NCBI GenBank assembly: GCA_052033505.1
Contig: JBPOJN010000042.1
Span: 12,301-76,300 of the forward strand
Reading direction: 5' to 3'
DNA: 64,000 bases
Origin: Myxococcota bacterium
Lineage (GTDB): Bacteria; UBA10199; JACPAL01; GCA-016699445
Part shown: piece after piece, positions 31,001 to 39,580 of the stretch
Numbering within the stretch: the first letter of the stretch is position 1
Layout: each line of letters begins with the position of its first letter
The notes under the pieces: model-generated
What the model saw: the letters and a program-made list of their open reading frames with translations, nothing else
What the model was told of the DNA's origin: nothing
Database searches by the model: none
Made by a program: the position numbers and the translations under genes

Positions 31001-31312
31001 CCTTATTCGATCGACATACCCGAGCTGAAGCGCCCTATTTTCCATGCCGTTTCCAACGTCGCTATCTTCATCAAACCGACACCCACCGAAAGGGATTTGA
31101 TTGCTAAGAGGTGGAATATCGTGAATGCGGCACGGATCGGAACGGAGATTTTTCCCATTGCGGGCATTTCTTGGAAGGCACACGAAAAACTCGTGGATGG
31201 TCTAGATCGTATTGAGGGTGCCGATGAGTCGAAAGACGACGCAGGTGTGCGCTTTGTCATATACCTGAGTAAAGCTCAACCGACCCCTGCTCTAGAAACC
31301 CTAGCCGCCTAA
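28028..31312 (+). CDS. atypical Ser/Thr protein kinase (large intra-domain insert), paralog of the upstream kinase
   Basis: 'DGGVGDVHLV..YAVKILK', 'FLVMELLEGGTL', then about 160 aa of coiled-coil-like insert before 'LVHRDLKPENVVF' and 'LIDFGI'. The C-terminal tail is collinear with that of kinase 1. The start is GTG 28028 or ATG 28043. Confidence 0.75.
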   Translation: MREVGMVLPSSMEIFRSQIRLCLSAAGQPESPEFLEAFHGLKDTFQKWNDELSRAPSTLPETNPKFRFHSKLQQAIYLIGRSAPKPQQAAFLIYHLRCLGLMPHGFDESSLGSFVSSFADSLSPLDKQVLGALSVHEDSARPPSAPVIRVVPVRGGSTPMDVIDIPEFDPNAPIPDSDDSPDLMLPGNVMSAAAQYQIMRFLTDGGVGDVHLVADKNTGITYAVKILKRHEDDPELEQKLRKAHEKEVAHHRYLDPEYHARAIFTGTNASGDPFLVMELLEGGTLSDRLEKLRQELFDCLPDLAQSKKFQESLLRLRQKLEVNSAESITVSPAGRQHSQLLPKLVACTPELEAGETFNDKLMEFGSLHDDLEDLHLHLQEFLTPSVDTSLRTEMEDLKIGLENLQQKLEDLRNLYANRLPELLDVAIRLSYAVSKLHEPQDEIDHKGSKTGRSLRLVHRDLKPENVVFHKNGNLKLIDFGIIGEPSTSPREVEEGITVGYAQPHDVDDERQDIHALGVILFQVFSVNQWPLKISNSQDILLKQLEAKARGVPHGLFKPLATILKRLNVPQYLIDIIETATGSKGKTEKTYKNATDLYRALALGRIEHFEEEARRCKEKDDPDGWALKINDALTLCESLYEKYDSPVLAEKRQALHLSLFKDSEQRGHWREMRDRGRKIVALYPNSPAASYVQRPISADLRFDGDEKLLREARLKVCYYYNDKGVWKEDPKKTRSYPYGEFPKKIEADRLGGKQAGYKIILYGENIEPVARWLPFRPAYTDMSSPRNHDLRFPLYPQRSIPGNAVIVAAGFAAAKRAFSPSAVHFPGEDWRKVDHDFAVLPLQDNQSYYDYLQWLREKVGDAAAKQAVPKHWGFDPFAVRSLSGSLSLKYKDGRSFHKGEPIVGLSDKYVQSLKNSKGEDVSFRAYVSEKLGVKVDLPSLNEYKLAIRVYQADWPWGDKSGQGSVAFQDMTGAHASNGLLPVSDQPATQDVLPYSIDIPELKRPIFHAVSNVAIFIKPTPTERDLIAKRWNIVNAARIGTEIFPIAGISWKAHEKLVDGLDRIEGADESKDDAGVRFVIYLSKAQPTPALETLAA

Positions 31313-31476
31313 AAGTTATATTGGATAAAATTTAATCCATAAAGATCCTTTCTTTACAGAATGTAAAAGTTTTTCCTCTAGACCTCCTCTGGGCCACGGG
31401 TCTATAAACGGCCAAATATAAAAGAGAATATCGGACAACGATTTCGGTGAGTTGACGATAAGATAGAAGAAAATTT

Positions 31477-34400
31477 GTGGGCGTCTATAAATTACAAACA
31501 GGATCTTTTTCGAATCCACATCTTGGGGTTGTTCACCAAGCTTTGGTGACGCTTGCGCGAGGTGGTTCTCCTGTGGCGGAGGCGAGAGGAGCCATTGAAC
31601 AACTCTCGTTTTTACCGCGAACCACTCGGGATCAACTGCATCTACTTCTTGACGGCACAAGCAACGCCTCAGATCTCGTGAGAGCTGCGAGGCGTTTGGT
31701 TGCATTGGATAAAAGCAATAGCAGATTTGATCCCCTGCCTATGCTGGATCAACCTAAGCACAAAGCTCATGCGAGCGTCATTAACGTGGACTTAGTTAAC
31801 TCCGGAATCAGAACGCTGGGTGTAGAGGCGTGTTTTGCTGATACGCAAGTCGAAGGTCTTCTTAAAAAACTTGGCCGTATTGTAAAACGTCACGGTGGAG
31901 AAGTGGTGCGATCAACGGGTGATGGATTTGTCGCCCGCATTACGGGGCGGAACAGCGCGCGGCGTGCTGTTCTTGTGGCGGTAGAGATACAAAGCCAATT
32001 GGAGTCGTTGAACAATCGGCTCTATCGGTCCGCGGTTAAGGCGGTCATGCAGAAATATGGACTCACCTCCAAAGAACAATGGAAAGAGTTCGTTCGACAA
32101 GAAGCCGCTCGTGCTCAAATAAGCAGACAAGAAGCCATTCAAAGACTCATAGCTCCCATTGATCCCATTATCAGCAAGGGACCATGGGAAATGCGCGTTG
32201 GTGTCGCAACGGGTTCGATCAGTGAAGCCAGGATTGGCAAAAGAATAAGTATTGCGGGGGATACTACAAGCGCTGCCGAAAGAATGCAGTCAGCGGCAAG
32301 GGATGATGAGGAGACGGGCAAGAAACCAAGCCGAATTTGTATCGACGAAGCCACGATGAATGAGTTGGGTGGTCAATTTGAAACGGTACTCGACTTAGTC
32401 TCCACCAAGGAAAGCCAGCACACTCAGGGGCGCGTCCGGGTTTATTTCGTGACCGGACGTACCGTTTCTCACGACATGGGTCTGCTCGGACGTTCCTCTT
32501 CGGCTCAGATGATGGGCCGGGATGCGGAGAAGCAACAGCTCATCGATTTGATCATGAGAGAAGGCGTTTCGGCAAAAATCGTTTCGTTAGAGGGTGTGAG
32601 TGGGTCGGGTAAAAGCGCGTTGGTCGCTTCCGTGCTGGAGGAAGTGAAGGAAAGCTGCGATTTCATCGTCGGACAGGCGGAGGCTTTTTCTCTCCGCCCT
32701 CTCGGTGCCCTGGTGGACGCTTTGAAAGTCAGAGCCGGAATCCGTGCCGGTGATAAATCCAAAACGATCGCGGAAAAAATCTCTCGTCTCGCAAGCCACG
32801 CTGACACTCAGCGAGATCAGGACGGTCAATCTCGAGAGCAGCAAAGGACTTTCTACGCGCATCTCCTCGGTATTCTTTTCGACGAGCCTCGGAAGGATAT
32901 GCCCGATGAAATCCGTTCTCTCCAAAAAAATCCGGCCGCCTTTAACGCTAAAATGAGGGATATGCTCGCCAGTCTTTTAGGCGGTTTGAGTCGCACTAAA
33001 AACTTGGTTTTAGTCTTTGACGATCTGCAGAAAATCGATCCTTCAAGCTTAAGTCTCGTGGAAAATTTGTTGGCTCATGAATTGAAAGATCGTCCGATTA
33101 CAGTCGTGAAGATGGTGCGGTCCGAAGAAGCTGATCTTCAGAGGGACACTTTGGGATCTACTCTCATTAGGCTGGGAGCGTTAGCTGATCGGCACGTAAT
33201 GGAAATCGCGCAAGGAATTTTGGGAGCCGATTCCTCTGGGGACACCGCTTTCAAGATCACGAAGAAAGCGAATGGTAATCCCGGATTTGCGATCGAGATC
33301 GCGACCGCTGTTAGAAACGGTAGCAGTCTGGATGATATTCCGGGAACGATCCAAGGTATTTTCGAATCCCAATTTGAACGTTTGGCCCAAGAGTCTCCTC
33401 GTGCCATGCAGATCTTAAACCGTGCGGCCATTGTCGGCAGAGAGTTTTCCCTGCAAGACTTGACCGGCATAGGCCTGCCTCTGGCTCTTGTGGAAGAAGC
33501 GATCTCTCGTTTAATGGAGAAGCAGTTGATTGAAGCGACTGGAAACGGGGATTATGTTTTCGTGCAGGACATTATTCGTGAGGCTGTCCTCAAGACGATC
33601 GATCCCGCACAGAAAAGGGATCTTCATGGACGTTATGCGGATTATCTCCAAGGCCCACGGAATGCGGATCCCCGAAAGGATTTCCTAAAGATTGCTGCCC
33701 ATTATGTCCAAGCGGATAAAAATGAATTGGCAGGTATGTATTATTACAGAGAGGCGTCACGCGTTATAGATTTCCGCCCAGATGAAGCTGAGCGTTGTGC
33801 CGAAGAAGCCTTCAATCTGCTTCAAGACAATCTCAAAAAAATTGAAGCTCTATTTGTTTGGGATGAAGCTTTGTTTAAGCAGGGTATGTGTTTGAAGCAG
33901 GTAGCTTTATTGAAAAAATATGCATCCCTGATAAATGATTCAAATAAAAATTTGATTGCTCAGTACAACTTTAGACTAGGCCGCTCTACTTTTTATTCGC
34001 GCAAATCCGATGAAGATGTAACCCAAGCCGAGAAGTTGTATCATGAGGCTCGCAAACTGATAGAAGGCAACCCTTCGGCCTTACGCGCAAAATGTTTAAT
34101 TGAGCTTGGAACTATCTTCACTGATCACAAGAGAGACTATTATAAGGCCAAATATTGGTATGGATTAGCAGTTCAGTCTTTAAGAGAACTTGAGGGGAAT
34201 GACGTTGAAGCGGCTCGCCTGAAGGTGATCGCTCTGTCAAACTTAGTTAATGTTGAATTGAACGTTGGTGTTTATCCTCAAGCAGTTGTCGGGGCTCGGG
34301 AAGCCTTGAGTTTGCTGGAAGCTGGCAGTCGGCCGCGGCTCCAAATTCATTTGTTAAACAATCTTGCGTCGGCTCTTTTTTATCTTGGTAGATACAGCGA

Positions 34401-35085
34401 AGCTAAATTTGAGATCAGTGTAGCTCTAGAATTATCTAGAGCCAATCAAAATTATTACCTCAGTCTTCTTCTTATTAATCAAGCGCGGGTTGCGAGTCTC
34501 ACAGATAAACAGGAAGCGGCCAATTTGTTGAATAGCGCTGTAGCATATGCTGAGGAACGCCTGGTGCATGGGTCTTCCTCAGAATTTGCGACAGGATGCT
34601 TATACAGAGCGTTAGACCACCTTAAAAATGGAGATTTGGTCAAGAGTGAGCAAGATGCTTTCAAAGTTCTTAGTATCGCCAGGGCTCAAGGAAGCGCTGA
34701 TGAAAAATTGGAAGCTATGGCCCATATGGTTTTAGCCCAAGTAAATTTTGGGCGCGAAAATTTTTCTCAGGCTTTAAAACACAGTGAACATTGCATGAAA
34801 GCTTTAAGAAGGTTTGGTATGAAGTTAGAAGAGTTCGATGTGGAAATGTTGTTAGTTCATGCTCAGATTTTGAGGGTCATGAATAATGAAAGTTGGAGAG
34901 AAGTTGTTGGTCAATCTCTCCAAATTTTAGGTGCTCGTCTTGGATCTGATGTGCCTAACTCAGAAGCCGGCCAGGTCGTTGTTTATCAAAAGGTTCTTGA
35001 TCTCGCTAGTCTGGTAGCCGACGAGCAACCCAAGATCACTGAAAGTGGACCTATCGCTTACGAAGCGATGGCTAATGCCGTGTAA
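31477..35085 (+). CDS. class III nucleotidyl-cyclase-like domain / AAA(STAND-type) ATPase / TPR protein
   Basis: Cyclase-like 'VINVDLVNSG' and 'RSTGDGFVARI'. Walker A 'LEGVSGSGKSAL'. 'LVLVFDDLQKID' is Walker-B-like. The C-terminal ~450 aa is TPR-like helical repeats. The GTG start is uncertain. Confidence 0.75.
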   Translation: MGVYKLQTGSFSNPHLGVVHQALVTLARGGSPVAEARGAIEQLSFLPRTTRDQLHLLLDGTSNASDLVRAARRLVALDKSNSRFDPLPMLDQPKHKAHASVINVDLVNSGIRTLGVEACFADTQVEGLLKKLGRIVKRHGGEVVRSTGDGFVARITGRNSARRAVLVAVEIQSQLESLNNRLYRSAVKAVMQKYGLTSKEQWKEFVRQEAARAQISRQEAIQRLIAPIDPIISKGPWEMRVGVATGSISEARIGKRISIAGDTTSAAERMQSAARDDEETGKKPSRICIDEATMNELGGQFETVLDLVSTKESQHTQGRVRVYFVTGRTVSHDMGLLGRSSSAQMMGRDAEKQQLIDLIMREGVSAKIVSLEGVSGSGKSALVASVLEEVKESCDFIVGQAEAFSLRPLGALVDALKVRAGIRAGDKSKTIAEKISRLASHADTQRDQDGQSREQQRTFYAHLLGILFDEPRKDMPDEIRSLQKNPAAFNAKMRDMLASLLGGLSRTKNLVLVFDDLQKIDPSSLSLVENLLAHELKDRPITVVKMVRSEEADLQRDTLGSTLIRLGALADRHVMEIAQGILGADSSGDTAFKITKKANGNPGFAIEIATAVRNGSSLDDIPGTIQGIFESQFERLAQESPRAMQILNRAAIVGREFSLQDLTGIGLPLALVEEAISRLMEKQLIEATGNGDYVFVQDIIREAVLKTIDPAQKRDLHGRYADYLQGPRNADPRKDFLKIAAHYVQADKNELAGMYYYREASRVIDFRPDEAERCAEEAFNLLQDNLKKIEALFVWDEALFKQGMCLKQVALLKKYASLINDSNKNLIAQYNFRLGRSTFYSRKSDEDVTQAEKLYHEARKLIEGNPSALRAKCLIELGTIFTDHKRDYYKAKYWYGLAVQSLRELEGNDVEAARLKVIALSNLVNVELNVGVYPQAVVGAREALSLLEAGSRPRLQIHLLNNLASALFYLGRYSEAKFEISVALELSRANQNYYLSLLLINQARVASLTDKQEAANLLNSAVAYAEERLVHGSSSEFATGCLYRALDHLKNGDLVKSEQDAFKVLSIARAQGSADEKLEAMAHMVLAQVNFGRENFSQALKHSEHCMKALRRFGMKLEEFDVEMLLVHAQILRVMNNESWREVVGQSLQILGARLGSDVPNSEAGQVVVYQKVLDLASLVADEQPKITESGPIAYEAMANAV

Positions 35086-35087
35086 GT

Positions 35088-35723
35088 TTATTTAACCGAC
35101 CGAGTTGGTGTGCTCCCGCCGCCAGCATTAGGAGCTGTGCGTGTGGGTGTGCTGCCCCCAGCATCATTTGTTAGTGTTAAAGTGGGAGTGCTCCCTCCTG
35201 CGCTTAGGTCAAAATCACCTGATCGCGTGGGCGTGCTGCCTCCACCATCATTGGTGCGAGTAGGAGTGCTGCCTCCTGCAGCTAATTCATCCTCGAAGTC
35301 ATTGATGGGCGATGTTGGTGTGCTTCCTCCACCCATCTTCTCGCTCACAATAGCCCCATCTTTACTGGAAAAAACTAAAGATTGATCTGTTCCTAAGATG
35401 GAGCCGATGACCGACCCATCTTTGATCGACAGTGTGGTGCTGGCGTCGATGGTGGTTTCTGCGGACGTGCCGTCTTTGGAGAGGAAGATCAGTTTGGCGG
35501 TTTTTAGGTTGCTCGTGCTGAGCTCGCGGTAGACCTGATAGCCGTCCGCGATGCCTACGAAGTCCCGGGCCGTGATGGGGGCCGAGGATTTGGCGGAGAG
35601 GGTCGGTTTTTTACTGAGCGTGTTCCACAGCCCGGCGCTGCCGGCTTGGGCGAGGGTGGAGAGCGTGATGGTCGTCAAGCCGATGGCTAAGGTCGTGACG
35701 AGATGTTTCTTTTCGAGCTTCAT
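35088..35723 (-). CDS. secreted protein with six C-terminal GGSTPT(R) repeats
   Basis: Signal peptide 'LAIGLTTITLSTLAQA', a beta-rich middle region, then six 'GGSTPT' units in the last 82 aa. Confidence 0.6.
   Translation of the reverse strand: MKLEKKHLVTTLAIGLTTITLSTLAQAGSAGLWNTLSKKPTLSAKSSAPITARDFVGIADGYQVYRELSTSNLKTAKLIFLSKDGTSAETTIDASTTLSIKDGSVIGSILGTDQSLVFSSKDGAIVSEKMGGGSTPTSPINDFEDELAAGGSTPTRTNDGGGSTPTRSGDFDLSAGGSTPTLTLTNDAGGSTPTRTAPNAGGGSTPTRSVK
35091..35336 (-). repeat. in-frame coding repeat: 6 x GGSTPT(R/S/L) units with variable 4-11 aa spacers
   Basis: On the plus strand the core 'GGNGTGCTNCCNCC' recurs six times at irregular spacing of roughly 34-53 nt. Confidence 0.85.
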
Positions 35724-36113
35724 AAATTCCCCCTGGCCTGTTCTCCTTAGGACGCTGTGTCAGGCTGCGAGGGGGAATAAAAGCAACGTTCGTGCCAAAA
35801 TCTAAAATTTATAAAATTGAATAAATATAGATAGTTACAAGTTTACCAACTTTTTTATCCAAGTTAATTATCACTACGATAAAATAAACTGATAAATTTT
35901 AATAAAAATTAATAATTACAAATACTTATAAATAATAATCAGTAAAAATGCAGGTGAGTTTCTACCTTATATGCGGAATTGTGGCTAAAATTTTGGGTAG
36001 GTCTGCAGTCCGGAAAATGAGGGGGTAGAGACCTCGAAAGAAGGGCGAAGAGCCTAAAAAAACACCCGAATACGGTTTATGGTCAGTTTAAAGTTGCGAG
36101 TGTTTGGAAAAGC

Positions 36114-36506
36114 TCAACTTTCGGCATTACGACTATAGCTGGCAGTGCAAATTGTATCTGTCGAAGTAATGCATTCAAAATCCATATCATCGCCAAGAGT
36201 GAATTCACCGGTACAAGACACATCGTTGCCATCGTTATCTTGAACAGTAATTTGAAAAGTATTATCCGGCTCTAATTCACCTTGAGTAGTAGCTTGAGTT
36301 GCAGGAACAGTAAGGTGAATTGTAGTGCCATCTCTTGCCATTAAAAAATTAGCCCCAAAGAAGAAATCACAATCCCTATTAGAAGAGAGGTATTCATCTT
36401 GAGATGGAATCTCAACTCCGTTGTTTACGAGAACGCTATTTCCGCAATTTATAAAAACAAACATTGCGCAAATTATAAAAATAAATTTAAAAAATTTCAT
36501 TTTCAC
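36114..36506 (-). CDS. small secreted Cys-containing protein, hypothetical
   Basis: Signal peptide 'FIFIICAMFVFINCG' (possible lipobox). Very AT-rich gene lying 3 nt downstream of the tail-fibre-like gene. Confidence 0.45.
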   Translation of the reverse strand: MKMKFFKFIFIICAMFVFINCGNSVLVNNGVEIPSQDEYLSSNRDCDFFFGANFLMARDGTTIHLTVPATQATTQGELEPDNTFQITVQDNDGNDVSCTGEFTLGDDMDFECITSTDTICTASYSRNAES

Positions 36507-36509
36507 TCC

Positions 36510-37568
36510 TTAAGGTTTAAAAATAATAAAATCAATTTTAGCACCTGCAGGTCCTCCGCTGACGGTAACAGAATTTGCTGATTTGTCACAAGCTGCCGGA
36601 TTATCGTCTGTACCGTTTTGACCCTCTAAATTAGTAGCGAGGACTATATAATTAGAAGTCCCAATACTATTAAAGGTGACCCTGCATCCGCGATCTTTAG
36701 AAAGACAATCATTTCCTGAATCCGTTACATCAGCTGAAATAACATTCTTTTGTGTAAGAACTGTACAACCGTCTGCAGGGCTAGCCAAAGTCCCAAATGC
36801 AACAGGGGTGAGGCCAGCATTGCTTGTGGATGCTTGATTGATTTTTGCGGCAGTGACAGTTTCATCCGAAATTTGATTGGTGCCGACAGCGGCGGTTCCT
36901 ATCTGAAGATTATTATAACTGCCCGTAACAGCCCCCCCAAAGGATGTTGAGGTGGTCAGGCTGTTTGCGTCTCCATTAATTCTTGCAGTCGTTTCAGTCG
37001 CAAGAGCTGCTTGCAGACTTGTGACCTGAGTCTGTAAATTTATATCCGCTGACTGTCGGGTGCTTGACTCAGTATTAATCGCCATCGTTAATTCTTCCGT
37101 GCTTACAAACACATCCGGCACATCCGCAGCTAAGATATTTGGATCGATCTTCAAAGCCGTCTGCGCATACACCGCATAAGGCACGCTTCCCACCTCCATG
37201 AGCCCGCCCGGCTGATTTCCATCGATTCTCATTTGAAGATATTTTGTTCCAGAAACGGGGGAGAAATCGTCGAAAGCGATGCCGCCACTCGGGACACCTG
37301 CCTGAGTCAAGCCTTCGCCGATCATGACGTTGACCGAGCTTCGCACCATATTCACGGCGGGTTGGGATTCGTAGTAGAGCTCGCTGCCGTCTTGGTCGAT
37401 GATTTTGAATTCGAGGTTGACGTTGTCGCCTTCGAGCAGGTTTCCGCTGTCGTCTCTTAGGACCGCTTGGAAGTTCACATAGCGTGGGACGTCGGCTGTA
37501 TAGGCCATAGACGCTAAGAGCGTTAAGCTTAGACCGCAAAGAGCGGCTAAGAGAGATTTAGTTTTCAT
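36510..37568 (-). CDS. secreted tail-fibre-like surface protein
   Basis: Signal peptide, then 'VNFQAVLRDDSGNLLEGDNVNLEFKIIDQDGSELYYESQ', which resembles the N-terminal module of bacterial 'tail fiber domain-containing' proteins. A coiled 'LQTQVTSLQAALATETTARI' segment and a Cys-containing C-terminal domain follow. I moved the start to the ATG at 37568. Confidence 0.5.
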   Translation of the reverse strand: MKTKSLLAALCGLSLTLLASMAYTADVPRYVNFQAVLRDDSGNLLEGDNVNLEFKIIDQDGSELYYESQPAVNMVRSSVNVMIGEGLTQAGVPSGGIAFDDFSPVSGTKYLQMRIDGNQPGGLMEVGSVPYAVYAQTALKIDPNILAADVPDVFVSTEELTMAINTESSTRQSADINLQTQVTSLQAALATETTARINGDANSLTTSTSFGGAVTGSYNNLQIGTAAVGTNQISDETVTAAKINQASTSNAGLTPVAFGTLASPADGCTVLTQKNVISADVTDSGNDCLSKDRGCRVTFNSIGTSNYIVLATNLEGQNGTDDNPAACDKSANSVTVSGGPAGAKIDFIIFKP

Positions 37569-37705
37569 ACGAACCCCCATGTGCACGAACGGTTTGAAGA
37601 ATTAACATCGATTTCCAATCGGTAAAGTTGCGAATTACTTCTGGGATTTCCGAAGAAATCCCGGAGATTGATTCGAAATTGGAAATAAATTTATCCAACA
37701 GCAAC

Positions 37706-39580
37706 TCACTCATCCTCTTTGAAGCCGACGTCTCTGCCGCTGACGGTAAAATGACGAAATTCGCTGAAGATGTTTTGAGCCAATACCTTCTTAGCGGCCA
37801 CGAAGGTCGCATCGTATTTTTTGGTGAAATCAATGTTGATCGCTCGAGAGGCGAATTGGGTCCAAAAGGACTCGACGGGTTTGATCTTGTCGTCTTCCAA
37901 GACGAAGGCGTCGCTTTCGATCTGCGAGGCGTCGGGGGGATTCGAGAAAAAGGCGCCCATGTCGAGCGTCAGGAGAGGATTTGAAAAATCCAAATCCTGG
38001 GCGCCTTCGAGGGAGGCTTGGACCGTGACGGCCGCGTCGCGAAGTTCGGCGAAAGCGGCTTCGTCCCTGTCGGAGGCGTCGATGACGCCGTCGGCTGTTA
38101 TCTGCTTCGAAATATCATCCGCGTCTAAAACGAGCCGGATCCCTTGGACGAATCGCATCCGCGCCTCTTCCAGCTCGTGATCGGGTCTGAGAACGAAGCA
38201 GGTATTGAGGCGGTCGACGATCTCTTGTTTGGAGACGGTCAGGTTTCCCTCTTCGTTGTAAAGATCCCCGATCTGCATGGGACAGTCCCAGGATGAGGCG
38301 AGATGGAGGGCCATTTGGGCGAATTCGAAGCCGGCGCGGAAGAGTTTCAAATCGGTGCGATTCAGCGCGGCGTCTTGATGGCCGAAGTAAAGTCCTTTGG
38401 GAATGACGAATTGAAAACCGTCGTCACGGTCGGCGCGTTCCAGGAGATCGCGGATTTCTTCGATCAGAGCAACGTAGCCGCGGGATACGTTCAATCCATC
38501 CGAGATTTTGAAATCGTCCCGCGCTTGGAAGAGTAGGGCGGCTTTTTTCGGGAGGTGGCCTTCGTTTTTGAAAAGGGGAAGGTAATCGGTCGGCTTCGGA
38601 CTTTTAGGAAGCGTGATGGTGTCCGACATTATCCCATTTAAAGTGATCGTCTCATCGCCGCCGTTGCTGAGTGTAATATTGGAAAATTTTACCTGTACGT
38701 TCTCTCCGGGGTTGTTTCCCGCGTCGACCAGTGTGAAAGAGCCGGTGGCTCCGTCATAGGTGTTGAAATACTGGTCCTTCGATTGGACCCAGAGATTCAA
38801 GACCGGAGATCCTCCGCATCCGGAAGCGTCGGGGGTTCTTTGGGATACGTCGATGGTTTCTCCCGCGTTCCATTGAAAGTTTGAAAGAACGTTTCCGTCT
38901 TTTGCGGCTTGGACGGTGAGGCTGATACCACCTTCGAGAGTGATGGAGGAGTCGGCATTGTGATGCTGGAAATAAATCGTTTTTCCCGTGCAATCGACGG
39001 TGCTGGTATAAGCGGATTGATCATCTGATTTGGTCCAATAAGCGTCCCGGCAAGCATCTTCGCAAGCGATGTCTCCGGCGCACGACGTAAGGCACGCATC
39101 GCGTTCGCTCGCTATTTGTTGAAAGTAGGCGGTTCGAGCCTGCTGGTCGTATAAATGAGACACACGAGCATAGTCGTTAGTGTTTGCGACCCCATAAAAC
39201 GGACCTGAAATCCCATCAAAAGCGGTTTGGGCCTGGTTTACTTCATTCAACGCCGCCAAATAGCCTTCGGGTCCGAAAATGTTCGAGAGTTTTGCCGACG
39301 GTTGTCCGAAGTGGGAGAGGATATTCTGAGAAGGATCGCTTTCGCCGAGAAGCAACATTCTCGTAAACGCGGCGCCGAAAGTGGCTTGGGTGTTGGTTCC
39401 GTCGAGGCCTAAAGCGGAGTCATAGGAAGCCTTCGCACCCGCGATGTCACCTTGGGAGAGTAGGTTTAAGGCTTGATCGCTTAAGCTTTGAGACGTTGCG
39501 GGAGGCGCGCCGGCACCTCCGCAATTAGCTAGCGTCAGCAGAAGCGCCGTCAGATACGGCAGTGACCGGAATGCTTTCAT
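37706..39580 (-). CDS. large lipoprotein, hypothetical
   Basis: Lipobox 'LLLTLANCGG'. 624 aa with no recognised domain. Its start overlaps the stop of the MlaC-like gene by 4 nt. Confidence 0.5.
   Translation of the reverse strand: MKAFRSLPYLTALLLTLANCGGAGAPPATSQSLSDQALNLLSQGDIAGAKASYDSALGLDGTNTQATFGAAFTRMLLLGESDPSQNILSHFGQPSAKLSNIFGPEGYLAALNEVNQAQTAFDGISGPFYGVANTNDYARVSHLYDQQARTAYFQQIASERDACLTSCAGDIACEDACRDAYWTKSDDQSAYTSTVDCTGKTIYFQHHNADSSITLEGGISLTVQAAKDGNVLSNFQWNAGETIDVSQRTPDASGCGGSPVLNLWVQSKDQYFNTYDGATGSFTLVDAGNNPGENVQVKFSNITLSNGGDETITLNGIMSDTITLPKSPKPTDYLPLFKNEGHLPKKAALLFQARDDFKISDGLNVSRGYVALIEEIRDLLERADRDDGFQFVIPKGLYFGHQDAALNRTDLKLFRAGFEFAQMALHLASSWDCPMQIGDLYNEEGNLTVSKQEIVDRLNTCFVLRPDHELEEARMRFVQGIRLVLDADDISKQITADGVIDASDRDEAAFAELRDAAVTVQASLEGAQDLDFSNPLLTLDMGAFFSNPPDASQIESDAFVLEDDKIKPVESFWTQFASRAINIDFTKKYDATFVAAKKVLAQNIFSEFRHFTVSGRDVGFKEDE

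Noticed and set aside
31316-31705. 129-aa minus-strand ORF between kinase 2 and the cyclase-STAND gene.
   Set aside because: It overlaps the start of the 1202-aa gene, lies in an AT-rich promoter-like region, and has no motif.
35091-35336. Regularly recurring ~15-nt GC-rich repeats that could be mistaken for a CRISPR-like array.
   Set aside because: The repeats are in frame and encode GGSTPT. The spacing is irregular (about 34-53 nt), the repeats are too short, and no cas genes are present.
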